Source of the DNA: the human T2T-CHM13v2.0 reference genome, Homo sapiens
Length of the DNA: 64,000 bases
NCBI RefSeq assembly: GCF_009914755.1
Contig: NC_060947.1
Direction: 5' to 3' (one strand)
Under the pieces are notes generated by a model. It saw nothing but the letters and a program-made list of their open reading frames with translations, did no database searches and was not told where the DNA came from. The translations under genes were made by a program, and so were the position numbers. Of this stretch, positions 13,306 through 35,800 are shown piece by piece. Numbering within the stretch: position 1 is the first letter of the stretch; every line of letters begins with the position of its first letter.

Positions 13306-15243
13306 TTATCTTAGTAATCACTTCATAGTGCAGCCTTGGTGCTCACAATTAACCACTTTTAATAGCCAACGAGAAGTCTTGCATTGCTAGAGATTGCTCA
13401 TAAGCAAAGGCTGTATTGAGAAGAACTTAATGTTTCTTTAAAAATGGGCCTGGCTTCCTTCACCCTCCCATTTTTGTTTTTGTTGTTTTCTACTCTGGTA
13501 GTTGCACAGGAAGAAGACACCATGATCAAATGACTGCCTATTCCAGTGAATGATGAGTCTAGATTACTGCTCAGGGGACCATCTCCTTGATTCCAGTGCC
13601 AATAACCCCAAAGATGCCCTTTCTATTTTTAATTAGCAGGAATTCGAGATCTCTTAAGGATGAAGAGAGCAACAAAATACATTGGACAGTGTGATTGTCC
13701 GTTTTGAATTGGGGAAGGTGCAATAATATGCCTTCTGGGCTGGGGATGGGGGAGAAAAGGGAGAACAGCTTCATTCTGGCTTTGGTGGAGTCTCATCTCA
13801 TGATTCTTCTGAAGCAGCAGGACCTTTGGGCCAGAATGACTCCTATTCCCCTGTGTCCCCCACAAAAAGGGAGGGCGGTGGACAGAATTTGGAGCATGTC
13901 GAATCAATGCTTAGCTGTTGCCTTCCCATAAATACTGAGTAGCCGCTTAGGAAGCTTCCCCTAGAGTCCGGAGTTGGGCATGGATGTCCCTATTAACATT
14001 GATGGGTCCCTATTCTGTCTGAAAAAAAGGGCCAAACTAGTTCTAAATTCACTAAAAGTCACCCGCACCAGCTCTGCAGCTCCTTTCCATCACTGCCCTC
14101 ACACAAACTGCAGAGCGAGGCTCATAACCTCATCCTGGATTTTGTTTTCGTTTTGGAAAATTCTCTCTTAATAAAACTTAAGTAATCTTAGAAATCTTTT
14201 GATCCCATGACCTACAAATTAATCATCACTGCCTGGGAAAATGAAAACGTATTTCAAATAAGCACAGGTAAGAATCTGGTTTAAATTGAGCGTGCTCCCC
14301 ATCACCAAACAAATTTCATAAAACCCACCTCTTTAGACAGTCCCATCAAAATAATTCCTTAGTTGTTAGAAATTCCTCAAGAGAATATTCACTCATAAAG
14401 TTCAATTTGTGCCATTTCTTCAAGGTATATATGTAAGTGTATGCCATTCTTCTTTAACCTTTTCACCCTTCTTAGGTGACTGGAACCTTATTCAAAATTG
14501 TTCTTGTTTGTTCCAATTTTTAGGCAAATTTCCAGTTTGCAAACCTGTCTCCCCCCGCCCCCCACTGTAATGTGCGTATATTAGCAGTGTTTTCAGGCTG
14601 ACACATCGAAGTATTCCAGAAAATTACAATTTCAGGTAGCCACTTTCTACATGTCTTCATCAGACACTTCGAAAAAATAGCAGGACCACCAGGCACTTGG
14701 ACTTTTAAGCTATCTCCTCCCCATCAGTCTCAGTGAAACTAAACGTACTTAATTACTCATATAGTGTGTTGTCTGTGTGTGTGACTTAGTCCCTTAACCC
14801 AATGCCCGAATATTTATAAACTCACTCACTGAGCTAAGAACCTAACTTGGTTTAAATATTTTAAATACAGTTGAAGCTTCTCACATCGTAGCTCTTTGGT
14901 GCATTAATTTGCATACTTCTAAGTCAGACTCAGTCCCAAGATACCTCCACACAGAAGTAGTCTCTAAAGGATACTATTGTTAGAAGGAACCGAACTTTGT
15001 TTATTCTTAATTTTGTACAGGAAATAGAAGTAGCAGTTTGGTATGTATAGTTTTATTTTTCCATTAGAAAGCATATTCCCTCTGGTAATGTGTAATTTCC
15101 ATAAGCTGGGGTTTCCTTATCCCATTTTTCACCCTCTAAAGTTCAGAACTCACTTTGCAAACATAGAAAAGGCAACAAAAATAGGCCAACTTGAGAATGT
15201 GTAGGACAAAGGTATCAAAGGACTGAAGCAGGTTTCAGAGTGG

Positions 15244-17251
<2,008 letters not shown>

Positions 17252-17402
17252 CTGAGAGCGCGGTGGATGAAGCCCTGCGCCTCCGCGGATTCTGCGCTGG
17301 GGTCCTCTAGCTCCTGGTTCGAGTTCCGGCGCGTGGACTTCGGGTCCAACGCCTGCACGTGGCGGGGAGCCGGCTGCTGCCCTGGTCGCCTCCGCTGGCG
17401 GG

Positions 17403-17448
<46 letters not shown>

Positions 17449-18846
17449 CGGACGGAAGGTCCTGCTGGCACGCGCTCACGGCAGGAAGGTGGCGGTAAAG
17501 TCAGGGGCGAGCTCCTGGTCAGGGCGCGGGGAGGGGGTCGGGCGTGCAGGGAACCCGCGCTCCAGTTTGCGGCTTGGTTGACCACTCCCAACCCGGGTGG
17601 GGTGACTGCCAGGAGGAAGGGGCCAAGCTGCCTGGCGCCAACAGATTGGGGCAGGGGAAGGGGCGGAGGAGCTAGACCCAATAGAGAAAGTTAACAGAAC
17701 ATGTCTCTGTCCAGCCCTCCAGGCACGCGGGCTTGCAGAATGCTTCTCCAGGGCGAAGGCGCTGCAAGCTGAAGGCAGTGCACCTTGCGGCGTGGGTTCC
17801 TGGCACCACGCTGCCCTCTGACTAGTTGGTGACTAATGCATGAGACTCTCTGGTTGTGTTCCGTTCGCACTCAAAGTCCTCGAATCGGACCGTAATTAAG
17901 ATGAAATGATGAGGTCGGAGGCTGCATGCTAGGTTTTTGCAGCAACGTCCAGAAAATTGAGCACGCAACGCTCTCCAAGGGGGTCTGGGGAACCCTGAGT
18001 TTGGGCCTGGGTTTGGCAGACCGCTCCGGATGCTCAAATGCAAGCTGCAAGAAACCTAACACGCCCCTTGCTAACTAATTACTCCACCTCAGAGTACAAG
18101 CGTAGAACCCTGTTCGGTGTTTAGTGCATCTAAGAAGGGTTACACTGCAAGTGAATCTTCCTTTGGCTCTAGACGCGACTGCGGAGCATGAAATGTCTGC
18201 TAAGCTATATTCTGCTCCAGAGCCTCAGGTTGCAGGCCCTCTGCAGAAGCGGGAGTGTTTCGTGTGCTGGGCGGGCGCTGTGGACTTGGCTTAGTTCCCG
18301 CCTTCCCTTGCTCGTCATCACCTTCTCTTACCCACCCTCCTCGTCCTCCTCCTGCTTTCCCTTTCCTACTCTTTGTCTAGAATTATCTTTCAGACCTCTT
18401 GCTCCCTACTGATAAATGTCAAATAAAAAAGAGGCAGGGTAGATTGGGAGCTCTATGTTTCTCCCTTCAAGAAGTGTGCCTCAGAACGATGAAGGCTGTG
18501 GGTTACAGTGATCTATGGTCGCCCCACTGCAATCCTGCCACTGCACTCCAGCCTGGGAGAAAAAGAGAGACCCTGTACCTTAAAAAAGAAAATGGTTCCT
18601 CGGGATGATGCTGGGCCCGGTGGTGCGTGCCTGTAATCCTAGCTACTCCAGGAGGCTGAGGCGGGAGGATCGCTTTAGCCCAGGAGTTTGAGACCAGCCT
18701 GAGTAACACAGCAAGACCCCCATCTCTCAAAAAATAAAAAACAAAAATAGCGGGACGTGGTGGCACGCACCTGAAGTCTAAGCTACTCACCTAGCTGAAG
18801 CGGGAAAATCGCTTGAACCTAAGCGTTGGAGACTGTAGTGAGCTAT

Positions 18847-19379
18847 TTTTACCAGCGGAGGCTGTTCAGTTTGTTGGCGTTTTGAACAAAGAATTGGACA
18901 AAACTCGCAAGGAAACAATGAAGCAACAAAAGCAGAGATTTATGGAAAACGAAAGTTCACTCCACAGGGTGGGAGCAGGCCTGAGCAGCCACTCAAGGGC
19001 CCCGATACAGAATCTTCTCGGGTCCAAATACCCCCTAGAAGTTTCCCATTGGCTACTAGGTGTTCACCTTAGGTAAATGAAGTGATGACTGGCAATCAGT
19101 CTAAATGGTTGTGGAAAGCAACCAATCAGAGGCTGAAGTGAAGTCACAAAGTTCCATTCCTCTGCAAAGGTCTGATTGGTTCCAAAAAGCAACCAATCAG
19201 AGGTACTTTTAATTTCCCGTCTGCCCAGCAGATAAGGTGGGGGTTTGCAAAGGGAGTAGCCACAGGTGCTTTTGTTACTTAGGCGTGGGAAGTTAGGGCT
19301 TTCCTTTCAATTTAGTTCTAGGATGTCAGCCTGAAACGGCATTAGGTTCACTGCTTCCAGACCCTATTCTCCTGCCTCA
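18847..19379 (-). mobile_element. MER51-like solo LTR (ERV1) inserted in an Alu, private to B
   Basis: Minus strand starts TGAGGCAGGAGAATAGGGTCTGG; 4-bp TSD CTAT (18843-18846, 19380-19383); multiple CCAAT boxes. Confidence 0.85.
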
Positions 19380-21398
19380 CTATGATCACACCACTGCACT
19401 CCATCCTGAACTACAGACTGAGACCCTAGCTGTAAAACATAAAACAAAATAAAAAATAAGAATCAGGCCTTGGAATGAGTTGGTTTCCTGAATATTGGGA
19501 TTATTTAGCCAATTTTGGCCTTCAGAACCACCACTGTCATCAGGCCTATTTAATAAATTAAACAATTTTCATAGGCCCCTAAAAAGAACTGGGACCCCCA
19601 CTCACTTTGCCCACTCTGCCTGACAGATAAATCTCTCCTCTCTCCCATTCCTGGATGGTAGATAGGAAGCCAGCTACAGAATGGTTGGTTGACCAATTCA
19701 CTCTGAAAAAGCTGTCAAGGAATTTCACCCACAGACTGTCCCTGACATTAACCAAGACGTCTCCTCCTCAGGCTGGATCTTGCAGGGTCCGGCAGACCTC
19801 ACCCTTCTCATGGCCAGACACACTTTGATGAATTTTCGCCTGGGATCAGTTACTATGTGAGAGACCTACAATGGTTTTAATCATGGTGTGTATTAGCCCA
19901 ACTCGGATATCTGTCAGAATTGGAGTTGTGTGGTGTCTCACAGCTGAGATTTCCATGACTTGCTTCAGTGCTTTCTAAATTTCAGTAGTCATTTCTGTGT
20001 CCCTTTGGTGAGTGTTACCTACCAGAGCACCAATCAAAGTAGTATTTACTTTAAAATTTTTAGTTAAATTGATTCACTTCTTGTAAATGCTACGTACTGA
20101 ATTGAGCCTCATCCCAATAAGCATAGGCACAAATGATGGGTTTGATGTCCTAGATTTATGAGGGCAGGGACCCTGGAGCCAGACTGCTGGCATCTGCATG
20201 ATGGCATTGCTTGACATTTGCTAGCTAGCTCACCTGATGAGTTGCCTTTTCTCTCTGTGCTTCAATTTTCTCATCTGTAAAATGAGGTGATAATAATATC
20301 TACCTCATGGAGCAGTTGTGGAGATTAATTGAGATGATACCAATGGTAGCTCACACTTACCTGGTTCTTACTGTGTTCTAGGCAATGATCTAAATGATTT
20401 GTTTATATGAACACATGTAATCCTCTTAACAAACCTATATACACATTGATGTGCTATTATACGTCATTTTACAGGTGGTGTTATTGAGTCACCAAGGTGT
20501 TAAGTATCCTGCTCAAATTCACTCACTTGGGAAATGTCCAAAGCTGAGATTTGAACCCATCCTCTGAGTATTATTCCTAACAGAGAGGATGTGCCCAATG
20601 ACATTTGCAATTATGGTATAATTATTATTCTTTTGTAATTAGTTAACTAGAAATAAGCAGAAATAAAAGTATCATTCATCTCAAAATTTCTTTCACTTGT
20701 TTGAATATCGAATTAGTGCCATAGATATCTACTGGTACCTCCCTCATTAGTAACCGAGGGATAAGTGAGGATATCTAGAATAACAAGTTTAAACCAGGAT
20801 GCTGAAGAAAAGTGGCTGAACTCAGAAAGTTAACCATTCTCCTCAACACTGCATTTTTGTTTATCGTTGGAATCAGTTAGTCCTGTAGATAAGTGGTTGC
20901 ACACATGAAAATAGTTAAACAAATCCCAGCTCTGGACATTTCCCCAGTGGGTGACTTTGAGCAGGTTACATAACATCTGTGTGACTCAATAACATCACAC
21001 CTGTAACATGTCAATAACAGATAAAGCCAGAGAGTGAAGAACATCTTCTTCCTATAACCAACTTCTTATTTCTTGTTAGCATAATGAGTTAGTTCTATAT
21101 AACAAGGGGCACATAGGTAACTACTGAACTGGAGATAATGAGAGATAACTGGAAAACAGAGAAGCCTGGAACCTAGAAAGCAATTTTCAACAAGACAAAA
21201 TTCTTATGTTTCATTGATAAAATCAATTTGTACTATAGACATCAAGTGGTAGGTAGGTCAATAGCAAATTTAAGTAAAGTAGAAATAATTAGAAAATAAC
21301 TTGAAGGTATGAATCTGAAAAATCAGGATTTACCACTCTAACTTCTGATTTCTTGTTATAATAATGAGCTAATACTATAGATAACTGGTGATACGTAT

Positions 21399-21753
21399 TG
21401 ATGTGGTTTGGCTCTGTGTCCCCACCCAAATCTCATCTTGAATTGTACTCCCATAATACCCACATGTTGTGGGAGGTACCCGGTGGGAGATAATTTGAAT
21501 CATGGGGGCGGTTTCCCCCATACTGTTCTCGTGGTAGTGAATAAGTCTCATGAGATCTGGTGGTTTTATCAGGGGATTCTGCTTTTGCATCTTCCTCATT
21601 TTCTCTTGCGGCTGCCATGTAAGAAGTGCCTTTTGCCTCCCACCATGATTCTGAGGCCTCCCCAAACACGTGGAACTGTAAGTCCAATTAAATCTCTTTT
21701 TCTTCCCAGTCTCAGGTATGTCTTCACCTGCAGCATGAAAATGGACTAATACA
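21399..21753 (+). mobile_element. THE1 (MaLR) solo LTR, private to B
   Basis: TGATGTGGTTTGGCTCTGTGTCCCCACCCAAATCTC...GACTAATACA. Confidence 0.9.
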
Positions 21754-21848
21754 CCTCTTTAATGAGGTTACAAGAGGTAACTAAAGATAATTAGGACATG
21801 CATTTGACGTCGAAATTGAAATGCACAGTCTTAAAAAATTGTTTTTCT

Positions 21849-22174
<326 letters not shown>

Positions 22175-22829
22175 TCACTATGTTACCCAAGCTGGTCTTG
22201 AATTCCTGGGCCCAAGCAATCCTCCTGCCTCAGCCTCCTGAGTAACTTGGATTACAGATGTGAGACATTTGTATTTGTACAAACTTATGGGATACATGAG
22301 GAATTTAGTTGCATGAATTTAATGCATAGTGTCAAGTCAGGGTATTAGGGTATCCATCATCCAAGTACATTTTTGTTAAGTATACTCATCCTACTCTGCT
22401 ATCAAACATTGAATTTATTCCTTCTATCTTACTGTATGTTTGCACCCTTCCACCCACTTCTCTTCATCATCCCCCCTCCCTCTGCTCTTTCTATTCTATG
22501 TTATCTATTTTTGCCCTCTCTGCTTCCATGTGTCCACATTTTTAAGCTCCCACATATAAGTGAGAACATGTGATACTTCTCTTTTTGTGCCTGGTTTACT
22601 TCCCTTAAGGTAATGACCTGCAGTTCCATCCATGTTGCTGCAAATGGCATTATTTCATTCTTTTTTATGGCTGAATATTATCTCTTCCTGAGAGGCCTTA
22701 GACTGAGCCAATATTTAACGCTGGCTACAAGAAAATAGGTTCACCCAAGATAGATGGTCTTTGTAGATGTTAGTTTCAGCTGCAAAATTATGAACCAGTC
22801 TCGGGAGGAGTCCAGTAGCTTCAGCATTC

Positions 22830-23340
22830 AAGGCCCCAGATACAGAATCTTCTCAGGTCCAAGTACCCCCTAGAGGTTTCCCACTGGCCACTTGGTGTCC
22901 ACCTCATGTAAATGAAGTGGTAGCCTGCAATCATTCTGATTGGTTGCTTGTCACAACCAATCAGAGGCTGAAATAAAGTTACAAGGTTCACAGCCAATCA
23001 GAGGTGAATGTGAAGTTACAAAGTTGCACTTCTATGCAAAGTAAGACTTGGCCCACAATCAGTTTGATTGGTTGCAGACAGCAATCAATCAGAGGCTGAG
23101 GTGAAGTTACAAAGTTACACTCCTACGCAAAGGTCCAAATGGTTGCAAAAAGTACCAGTCACAGGTACTTTCAACTTCCCATTGGCCCTGCAGAAAAAGT
23201 GGGTTTTGCAAAGGGTGTAGCCTCTGGTCCTTTTGTTATTTAGGCATGGAAAGTTAGGGTTTTTGTTTCAATTTAGTTCTAGGAAGTAAGCGTGGAACGG
23301 CCTTAGGTTTTCTGCCTCCAGACCTTATTTTCCTGCTTCA
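22830..23340 (-). mobile_element. MER51-like LTR, 3'-truncated
   Basis: Similar to 18995-19379; minus strand starts TGAAGCAGGAAAATAAGGTCTGG; tandem CCAAT units. Confidence 0.8.
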
Positions 23341-23795
23341 GAAGGGCTGAAAACTCAAGGATCCCACCCAAGCAGAAGCACTGGGTCATTTTACCTTTAG
23401 GAAAATTAATCAACCTCCCTTGAAGGTATTCGGTATCCTTGTGTCCACGCTTTCTGGCCTTGAGAGGTTGATGCACTTTGTACCCTCTTCACAAATGGCC
23501 AAGTATGCTTCCTCTGCAACAGCCCTCATTTCCCCCAATATTTTTGCAAAGCCAAGTCAGCCAACCAACAGTACAACCCGTGAGCAAAAGCCAGTTCTGT
23601 GCTTGTGTTAAATTAACGTTTTTAGGAAAGCAGGCTAACAGCTTGGAAACTGTCATGATGCAATGCAATTGGTATTTGTTTTGAAATATGTAACTTATGG
23701 TTTGCCTCAATAAATATCACACTTGCTCCTTCTCAGATATCAGCACAGAACTATGGGACAGGGACCCTCACTTCAGTGGTATAAACAAAATTTAA

Positions 23796-24290
<495 letters not shown>

Positions 24291-25559
24291 TGAAGGGTAG
24301 ATCTTAAGGTGAATGTGTGAATTCCTAACATTTACATGCCAGTGTTTTAGATTCTGGGAATACAAAAGATACCTCGTACACACATTCTTGATTTTACAAT
24401 CAAGGGACACGAGAGATTGAAGTGGTGACATTCAGGCATAGACACCATAACTGATTTACCTAGACTCATCCCAAGCACAGCATCCAGACTAAATTAGAGC
24501 CACTATGAGAAGTGCAGGTTTGGAGCGTGACTTTTTCCTCTGATAGGCCCAAGAATTTTGGTTTAAGAAAAAAAAAAAAAATAGAGGCAGGGCAGAAGGC
24601 AAGGAAGAATCTCTGTCCATTTCATTTTTGAACGAGGGGCAAAAAGATGAAACAAAAGATGTTTTAAAATCAGAAGTGGAGAAGAAGGCTGTGGAAACCT
24701 AGTGGAGAGAGGAATCCATGGGAATGACAGAGCCCAGAGCTGTTGTTCACTTTTAGGGAGCTGTGTGGTAACGGGGAGCTGGGAGTAGGGCATCCACTCA
24801 GTGTTAGCCAGTGGGGCACAAAAAGATGGTTGTGGTCAACTGGGTTTTATAGGAGAAAGGAAAACAGAACTCAGGTTCATATACAAATGGATTTCTAATG
24901 TCTCCTTCCACAGCCCCCATTACAAGGTCAAGCAGTAGGGCCTGTCTTTTCTCTTTTTCTCTCTCACCTACCTGCCTTTTAACTCAGTTGGTCTTCTTAA
25001 GGGGCTTACCAGGATTGAAACATTGATTAAGAAGGAGTGAAAGTCAGGACTGGGAGGGGCATCTCACAATGTGACTGGCCCTGGCGCAGGTCCCTAAGCC
25101 TAACACCCCAGGAAACATCCAGGATTGTCCTATTTCTTCATTTGATCAGAAGATATTTCCAAGAATGTCCAATTAATTCTATGCGCCTACTCACCACATC
25201 AAAACTGCAATTCCAACAGGGAGTCAGAAAAATTTTGAAAGGTGTTAACTTGGTTCTTCCGCTGTTTGTTTAGCATAGAGACTTGGACTTCTGAGGTATC
25301 CATAACCAAATCTGTCCTTCCCCGAGATGGATTATGATCCAGAGATATTGCATAGTGATATATTAAGCTGAATCTTTAATTCAGCAAACCAAGATAGGGG
25401 GTTAGTTCTGGATAAAAATTAAGCAGATTAAACCATTGGGTATGGACCAAATATTTCTCGTTTGTTCTTTTACCTGGACCAATTAGATGGATTCCTTTTT
25501 CATTGCTACAAACTGTCATTTTTGCTATTCATTTATTCATCCATTTATTCCCTGTTGTC

Positions 25560-28090
<2,531 letters not shown>

Positions 28091-29315
28091 TTGGAGGCCA
28101 GTTCTTATTGGTAAAATATTTTAGGAAACTTAATGCTGTACCCCCTTGCCTTCCGTTCTGTTTTGGATTATGCTTATTGCTTTGTTTCTCTCTCCTCCCA
28201 TTTTTAATATTCTTTAAGGGTTTTTCCAGCTCCTGGATATGAGTCTAGTGAACAAACTGCACTAAGTATCTGCTGTTAACGCTATGCTTGGTAATAGGAT
28301 GAAGAAATGTCAGTATCCTGACAGTGGACCATTGGGGTGTCTAGCTGCCTCTACTCCCTCTTCATTAGGAATAGTGTCACCCTGGTAGTGGTGATAGTTG
28401 AGCAAGGTATATGGTGGGCCCCATTTAGAGTTATAGGGTGGGAAGGCCCCCCATTTGAAAAGGCCATCTTCAGTCTGAGGTGACTACATCAATAGGAGCA
28501 GGTTGGATTTTTAATCAGGTTTCCTCAAGGATGTCTAAGGGGTCATTCATCCTCTGAAAACTTTTTTTTTTTTTGAGACAGGGTCTTGCTCTGTTACCCA
28601 GACTGGAATGCAGTGGCACAATCTCGGCTCACCTCTCGGGTCCAGGCGATCCTCCTGCCTCAGCCTTTGTAGTAGCTGGGGCTACAGTGGTATCCCAGCA
28701 CGTCTGGCTAATTTTTGTATTTTTACCATGAGGTTTCACCATGTTGGCCAGGCTGGTCTCAAATTCCTGGCCTTAAGTGATCCACCGGCCTCTGCCTCCC
28801 AAAGTGTTGGAATTACAGGCATGAGCCACTGGGCCCAGACTTCATCCTCTGAAAAATCTTGAAACTGAAAAGGATGGTCTGAAAAAAAAGCTTGGTCATG
28901 GGGGGCCCAGAGAGTTTGTGGCTTGTCTAGCTGGGACAGAATAGTCCTGATGCCCTGGATATTGCCTTGATATTTTAGCCTGCAGAGTTAAGGAAAATTT
29001 GGCCAAACTAGGTCTAAATTCACTAAAAGTCACCAGCACTAGTTCTGCAGCTCCTTTCCATCACTGCACTCACACAAACTGCAGAGCGAGGCTCATAATC
29101 TCATCCTGGGTTTTCTTCTTGTTTTGAAAAAATACTCTTAATAAAACTTAAGTTATCTTAGTGACTTTTTGATCCCATGACCTACAAATTCATCATCACT
29201 GCCTGGGAAAATGAAAAACTATTTCAAATTAGCATAGGTTACATTCGGGTCTAAATTGAGCGTGCCCTACCCCACCAAAAAATTTCATAAAACCTACCAG
29301 TTTAAAACAGTAACA

Positions 29316-29630
<315 letters not shown>

Positions 29631-30531
29631 ACCAGTAATACCAAAAACTCCTTAGTTGTTAGAAATTCCTCAAGAGAATATTCCCTCACAAAGCTCAATT
29701 TGTGCCGTATCTTCCAGGTATATATTTGAGTGTATGCAATTCTTTTTTAACCTTTTCAGCTTTCTAAGGTGAGTGGAACCTTATTCAAAATTTTTCTTGT
29801 TTATTCCAATTTTTAGGCAAATTTCTAGTTTGAAAACCTGCCCCCCCACACCCCCACTGTACTGCAAGTATATTAGCAGAGCATTCACGCTTACAAATCA
29901 AAGTATTCCAGAAAATTTAAATTAAGTGCTGCCACGTTCTGCATGGCCTCATCAGACACTTAAAAACAACAGCAGGACCACCAGCCAAGAGTACTTTTAA
30001 GTTATGTCCTCCCCATCAGTCTCAGTGAAACTAAACATACATTAATTACTCATTTAGTGTCTTCTCTCTCTGTGTAACTTACTCCCTTTCCCCAATGCCT
30101 GAATATTTATAAATTCAGTCATTTAGCTAAGAAGGTAGCCTGGTTTAAATATTTTAAATACAATTGAAACTTCTCACATCCTGGCTCCTTGGTGCATTAA
30201 TTTGCGTAGTTCTTAAGTCACACTCAGTCACAACATAACTCCATACAGAAGTGTTCTCCAAAGGTTACCATTGTTAGAAGGAATTGAACTTTATCTTAAT
30301 TTTGTATAGGAAATAGCAGTAGCAGTTCAGTTCTGTTTAATTTTATTTTTCCATTAGAAAGCAAATTCCCTCTGTTAATGGGAAATTTCCACAAGCTAAT
30401 GTTTACATATCCTACTTTTCACCCCCTAAAATTCAAAACTCACTTCGCAAACATAAAAAGGCAACACATACAGGCCAATTGGAGAATGTGTAGGACAAAG
30501 TATCCAAGGTCTGAGGCAGGTTTCAGAGTGG

Positions 30532-32566
<2,035 letters not shown>

Positions 32567-32791
32567 CTGGGAGCGTGGTCGACGAAGCCGTGCGTCTCCG
32601 CGGATTCTGCGCTGGGGTCCTCTGGCTCCTGGTCCGAGTTCCGGCGCGTGGACTTCGGGTCGGACGCCTGCAGGGGACAGGGAGTGGGCTGCTGCTCAGG
32701 ACGCCTCCGGTGGCTGTGTGTGTGTGTGTGTGTGACAGAGAGAGAGAGAGAGAGAGAGAGGAGAGGGAGAGAGAGAGAGAGAGAGGAGAGG

Positions 32792-32827
<36 letters not shown>

Positions 32828-35800
32828 CTTGCTGGCACGCGCTCTCGGCCGGGCGTGGCCGTAAAGTCAGGGGCGCGCTCCTGGTCAGGCGCGGGGAGGT
32901 GGCGGGCAGGTGTGGGGAACCGCGCTATATTTTGCGGTTTCCTTGACCACTCCCACCCTGGGCGGGGTGAGTGCCAGCAGGAAAAGGCTGAGCGGTCTGG
33001 TGGGAACCTATTTGGGGCAGGGGGAGGGGCGGAGGAGCGAGACCCAATCTAGCTCCGGAGCCCTTGGAGAAAGTTTGCGCAACACGTCTCTGTCCAGCCA
33101 TCCAGGCAGGCAGGCAGGCCAGAATAATGCTTCCCCAGGAGAGAGCCGAGGCAAGCTGAAGTCAGTGCACCTAGCGGTGTGGGCTCCCGGCACCACTCTC
33201 CCCACTGGGTAGCTGGTGACTAATGGATGAGCCTCTCCAGTTCTGTTCTGTTCCCACCCAAAGTCCGCTAATAGGACCGTAATTAAGATGAAATGAAGAG
33301 GTCGAAGACTGCATGCTAGGTTTCTGCAGCAACATCCAGAAAGTTGAGGGCGCCACACTCTCCAAGGGGTCTGCGGAAGCGGGAGTTTGGGGCTGCGATT
33401 TTCAGGGCACTATGGATGCTCAGATGCAAGCTGCAAGAAACCTAACACGCCCCTTGCAAAAGCTGCAGGTACTCCACGTCAGTGTACAGGTATAGAACCC
33501 TGCCTGGTGTTTAGTGCATCTAAGAAGGCTTACACTGCAAGTGTCCCTTCCATAGGCTCTAGATGAGACTGCGGAGCGTGCAATGTCTGCTAACTATGCA
33601 CCGCTCCCACGCCTTAGGTTTCAGGCTCGCTGCAGAAGCGCGAGTGCTCCATGTGCTGGGTGGGCACTGTGGACTTGGGTTAGTTCCCACCTTCCCTTGC
33701 TCCTCATCCCCTTCTGTTACCCACCCTCCTCGTCCTCCTCATGCTTCTCCTTTCCTACTCTTTGCCTAGAACGATCATTCTGACCTTTTGCTCCTTAATG
33801 ATAAAATGTCAAATAAAAAAGAGCCAGGGCAGATTGGGAGCTCCACGTTTCTCCCTTCAAGAAATGTGCCTCAAAACGATGAATCTGTGTTCAGTGAGCT
33901 ATGATAGCGCCACTTCACTCAAGCCACTGCACTCCAGCCTGGGCGACAGAGTGAGAACCTGTACCTCAAAAAAAAAAAAAAAATTGTGCCCCCAGACGAT
34001 TCTGGGCCCGGTGGTGCGGACCTGTAATCCTAGTTACTCCTGACGCTTTTGCAGGAGATCCTTTGAGCCCAGGAGTTCGAGAGCAACCTGAGCAACATAG
34101 AAAGACCCCCATCTCTAAAAATATAAAAAATAAAAATAGCTGAATGTGGTGGCATGCGTCTGTCATCCAAGCTACTCAGGATGCTGAGGCTGGGGGATCG
34201 CTTGATGCCAGGCATTGGAGGCTACAGTGAGCTATGATCACACCACTGCACTCCAGCCTGGGCGACTCAGTGAAACCCTGCTTAAAAAAAAAAAGGAAAA
34301 GAAAAGAAATAAAAGTAAATTTAAAAAAATTAAATTGTTCCTTGAAATGAGTTGGTTTCCTGAATATTGGGATAATTTATCCAATTTTTGCATAACCACC
34401 ATTGTCATCAGACCCATTTAATAAAATAAATCAAACCATTTTCATAGGCCCTTGAAAGTATGCCCACTCACTTTGCCCGCTGTGCCAGAAAGATAATTCT
34501 CTCCTTTCTCCTGTTCCTGAGAGGGCAGATAGGAAACCAGCTACAGGATGATGGGTTGACCAATTGACTCTGAAAAAACTGTCAAGGAATTTCACCCCCA
34601 CAGACTCTCCCTGACATTAACCAAGATGTCTCCTCCTCAAGCTGCCTCTTGCAGGGTTCTGCAGACCTCACCCTTCTCGTGGCCAGACACCCTGTGATGA
34701 ATTTTGGCCTGGGATCCGTTATTATGTGAGAGACTTACAATGATTTTAATCATGGTATGTATTAGCCCAGCTATGACATCTGTTAGAATTGGAGTCCTGT
34801 GGTGTCTCACATCTGAGATTTCCATGACTTGCTTCAGCGCTTTCTCAGCTTCAGTAGTCATTTCTGTGCTCCTTTGGTGAGTGTTACCTACCGGAGCACC
34901 AACCAAGGTAGTATTTACTTTAAAATTTTAGTTACATTGATTCACTTCTTGCAAATGTTATGTTCCTTATTGAGCGTCAGCCAGGTAAAAATAGGCACAA
35001 ATGATGGGTTTGATGTCCTAAATTTATGAAGGCAGGGACCCTGGAGCCAGACTGCTGGCATCTGCATTACGGCATTGCTTGTCATTTGCTAGCTAGCTAA
35101 CCTGGTGAGTTTGTTCTCTTGTGCTTCAATTTTCTCATCTGTAAAATGGAGTAATAATAATACCTACCTCATGGAGCTGTTGTGGAGATTAACTGAGATG
35201 ATACTAATGGTAGCTCACACTTACCTGGTTCTTACTGTGTTCTAGGCAACGATCTAAGTGATTTGTTTATGTTAACATATTTAATCCTCTTAACAACCCT
35301 ATACACACGTTGATGTGCTATTACTGTCATTTTACAGGTGGTGTTATTAAGTCACGGAGATGTTAAATACCCTGCTCAAAGTCACTCACTTGGGAAATGT
35401 CCAGAGCTGGGATTTGAACCCATCCTCTGAGTACTGTCCCTGACACAGACGACGTGCTCAATAACCTTTGCTATTATGCTATAATTAGTGTTCTTTTGTA
35501 ATTAGTAAACTAGAGATAAACAGAAATATATGTATCATTTAGCTCAAAATTTCCTTCACTTGTTTGAATATCGAATTAGTGCCATACATATCTAGTGGTA
35601 CCTCTACTCTGTTAATTACTTCTTTTACTGTGCAGAAGCTTTTTAGTTTAATAAATGCCATTTGCATATTTTTTTGCCTGAAATGCACAGTCTTATTTAC
35701 TATATCCTTATTCTTTGTTGGAATGTTGCCTTAGAACTATAGAAAAGTAGTGATACATTAAAAAAAAAACATAACTAAGTGTCTAGGGATAAGTGGAGAT

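Noticed and set aside
13571-13774. FLLIKNRKG on the minus strand as the missing helix-3 exon of copy B
   Set aside because: Lacks the invariant WF, has no clear acceptor at the right phase and no paralog near A or C.
34637-34906. 89-aa ORF in the conserved upstream block
   Set aside because: No recognisable homology; not reported as an equivalent ORF in copies A and B.
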